From assembly GCA_965235115.1 (NCBI GenBank), contig OZ249440.1:13206001-13270000 (forward strand): DNA of 64,000 bases, given 5' to 3'. Numbering within the stretch: the first letter of the stretch is position 1; each line of letters begins with the position of its first letter. Source of the DNA: Laetmonice hystrix. Taxonomy: Eukaryota. This document shows, one piece after another, positions 62,624 to 64,000 of this stretch. A program made the translations under genes and the position numbers. A model generated the notes under the pieces. The model ran no database searches and was not told the origin of the DNA. It saw nothing but the letters and a program-made list of their open reading frames with translations.

Positions 62624-62858
62624 CATAAGCACAGAAACAGGGACACTGACAACATGGCCATAAACATGATCATAAGCACAGAAACAGGGACACGGACAAC
62701 ATGGCCATAAACATGATCATAAGCACAGAAACAGGGACACGGACAACATGGCCATAAACATGATCATAAGCACAGAAACAGGGACACGGACAACATGGCC
62801 ATAAACATGATCATAAGCACAGAAACAAGGACACGGACAACATGGCCATAAACATGAT
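62624..62858 (+). repeat. 47-bp minisatellite, 5 copies
   Basis: Unit CATAAGCACAGAAACAGGGACACGGACAACATGGCCATAAACATGAT. Confidence 0.97.
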
Positions 62859-64000
62859 CTGTCAGCAGCACCAGGAACATTGTACTTACCATCCTTTCAC
62901 TTTTTGCTATACTAATCCCGCGGGCTCTCATTTTATATCATGTTTACCATAAATAATCATTCAAACTGACATAATCTGCACGAGACAGCAATGAGATATC
63001 TCCAAACGTATCACTATCAGGGTATCTGCTGGAAATAGATCTGATTTAGGCGTTATTCCTGATATATCTGATGGTGTACCCGAAGTAAACACGCTTCCAT
63101 GGGACACTGATTGAAACTGCTCCCTATCTCTATTCCTCAAGTATGCGACTAACTCGCCATCTCATTTCTCAGTTTTTGTCGTTGTTCGCCGGATTACGAG
63201 TTGGAAAACATGTACAGACGGCCCGGAGGAAATGAACCGCGGTCGTAGCTCAAACTTGTGCTTCACTCCCGGAAATGAAAGGGGCGTCAGCAGTTTGTGT
63301 TCCCATGACGAGATATTTAAGGTTGTGCAAACCTGATCAGTAGTCCGAACATGGAGCCAGGAATGTTTGGGGGGGGGGGGCGATTGTGGAGTAGAATCAT
63401 GGAGCAATTTTTGTATTTTGCAGGAGAGCATGTGTCATTTCTTGCCTTAGTGCATGAAATGTTGTATGTATGTACAGTGTAGACATTGCATCAGGAACCT
63501 GGATAATAAACAATGGTAATATCCCTTAGGGGAATTCTGTGGGAAAAAGAGGAAGCACATATTACATCAACTGCAGCACATACAGCGGTGAATTGGTAGG
63601 AAGTATACGGTGAACTATAGGGGAACAGTACAATCATCTTTCTCAAGGCAAACTTTGCACCTATCGAAATAACCCTATAACCCGAAATTTATTTCTGCAA
63701 AACATCCCAGGTCCTTTTTCAGGATCCGATAGGGGTCTCAGTTGCCGGAGCCTCCAGCTCATGACCACAGGGCCTCTCACTTCTGGGTCCCAATACCCTT
63801 CGAGCCAGATTCAAGGTTTGTCTACTATAAGGTCTGTGTCTTAATTTACCCGGATACTCCCGGTTCCTTTACCCATCAAAATGACCGCCTCTATAGAGCC
63901 CTGGGTGTTGCAGAGGCGTGGGTCTAATACTCCAATCCAAAAACCAAAACTCTACAGCAGGACCCGATATAGCACTATCTCGTTTGTTTATATTCATACA

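Noticed and set aside
26216-62858. Regular 27-47 bp arrays as CRISPR loci
   Set aside because: Units are head-to-tail with no unique spacers, there are no cas genes, and the context is eukaryotic.

Overview
Eukaryotic genomic DNA from a bilaterian invertebrate (inference: probably a mollusc or other lophotrochozoan, from spliceosomal introns, undepleted CpG, CTCF-like motifs and the GPCR type). Two genes can be named from the sequence. (1) The last seven coding exons of AUP1 (+, <1-2667; acyltransferase-like C-terminal part, CUE and G2BR domains). (2) A single-coding-exon class A GPCR (+, 7731-8942, 403 aa) of the FMRFamide-receptor/GPR139-like type that has lost the DRY arginine and the NPxxY asparagine. 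The other ~55 kb is mostly non-coding. It holds about 16 unrelated minisatellite arrays (units 19-121 bp, roughly 15 kb in total), microsatellites, several MITE-like inverted-repeat elements, a TSD-flanked non-LTR 3' remnant, about a dozen CTCF-like motifs, two assembly gaps and a few orphan exon candidates (the best is the 3' end of a minus-strand gene near 59 kb). Most long ORFs in the track come from the arrays. I found no CRISPR array, tRNA, rRNA or intact transposase, and I cannot point to a clearly new multi-gene system. The best leads are the switch-less GPCR, a minisatellite that multiplies an AUP1 splice donor (with hints of the same at other arrays), and a 4.5-kb array sitting in register between two open flanks.
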